Shown: piece by piece, positions 63,793 through 64,000 of the stretch | How the letters are laid out: the number at the start of each line of letters is the position of its first letter | How positions within the stretch are numbered: position 1 is the first letter of the stretch | Assembly (NCBI GenBank): GCA_030390025.1 | Contig: CM059452.1 | Coordinates: 8,184,001 to 8,248,000, forward strand | Direction: 5' to 3' | Origin: Squalus acanthias | Taxonomy: Eukaryota | Length of the DNA stretch: 64,000 nucleotides | Notes under the pieces: model-generated | The model's input: the letters and a program-made list of their open reading frames with translations, nothing else | The model's database searches: none | What the model was told of the DNA's origin: nothing | Made by a program: the position numbers and the translations under genes

Positions 63793-63975
63793 GTGACGGC
63801 AGACCAGTCCCAACCGCTGCTCTCAGCTCTTTCTGATGGATGTTCTGCAGGAAGTGACGGCAGACCAGTCCCAAACGCCGCTCTCAGCTCTTTCTGATTG
63901 ATGTTCTGCAGGAAGTGACGGCAGACCAGTCCCAGCCGACGCTCTCAACTCTTTCTATTTGATGTTCTGTAGGTT
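63793..63975. repeat. ~61-bp tandem repeat, 3 copies
   Basis: gtgacggcagaccagtccc...gctctcagctctttctgat.gatgttctgcaggaa repeated. Confidence 0.8.
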
Positions 63976-64000
63976 CCTGAGACACAAAAAGTCCCCCCAA

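Overview
Vertebrate (cartilaginous-fish-type) T-cell receptor alpha/delta variable-gene region. It holds about 18 TCR V segments and relics in both orientations (leader exon, intron, V exon, 23-RSS), interspersed with CR1/RTE LINEs, SacSINE1/DeuSINE-like SINEs, satellites and one assembly gap. The centrepiece is a NAR-TCR module on the + strand. First comes an unrearranged IgNAR-like V-D-J cassette (9568-10873). Next is a tandem duplicate whose V and J are already joined in the genome into an in-frame 333-nt phase1-phase1 exon (16426-16758); it has lost its leader splice donor and gained a CDR1 cysteine. Last is a single leaderless supporting TCR-delta V with a CDR1 cysteine (20966-21268). Splice phases and cysteine placement are compatible with a three-variable-domain TCR-delta chain (inference, untested). 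The RSS of the supporting V has itself been amplified into a ~5.75-kb array of ~96 60-bp units, nearly all with a perfect CACAGTG heptamer. No D-delta, J-alpha/delta or constant exons are visible. The long ORFs at 21.6-27 kb and 44-56 kb are translations of satellites.
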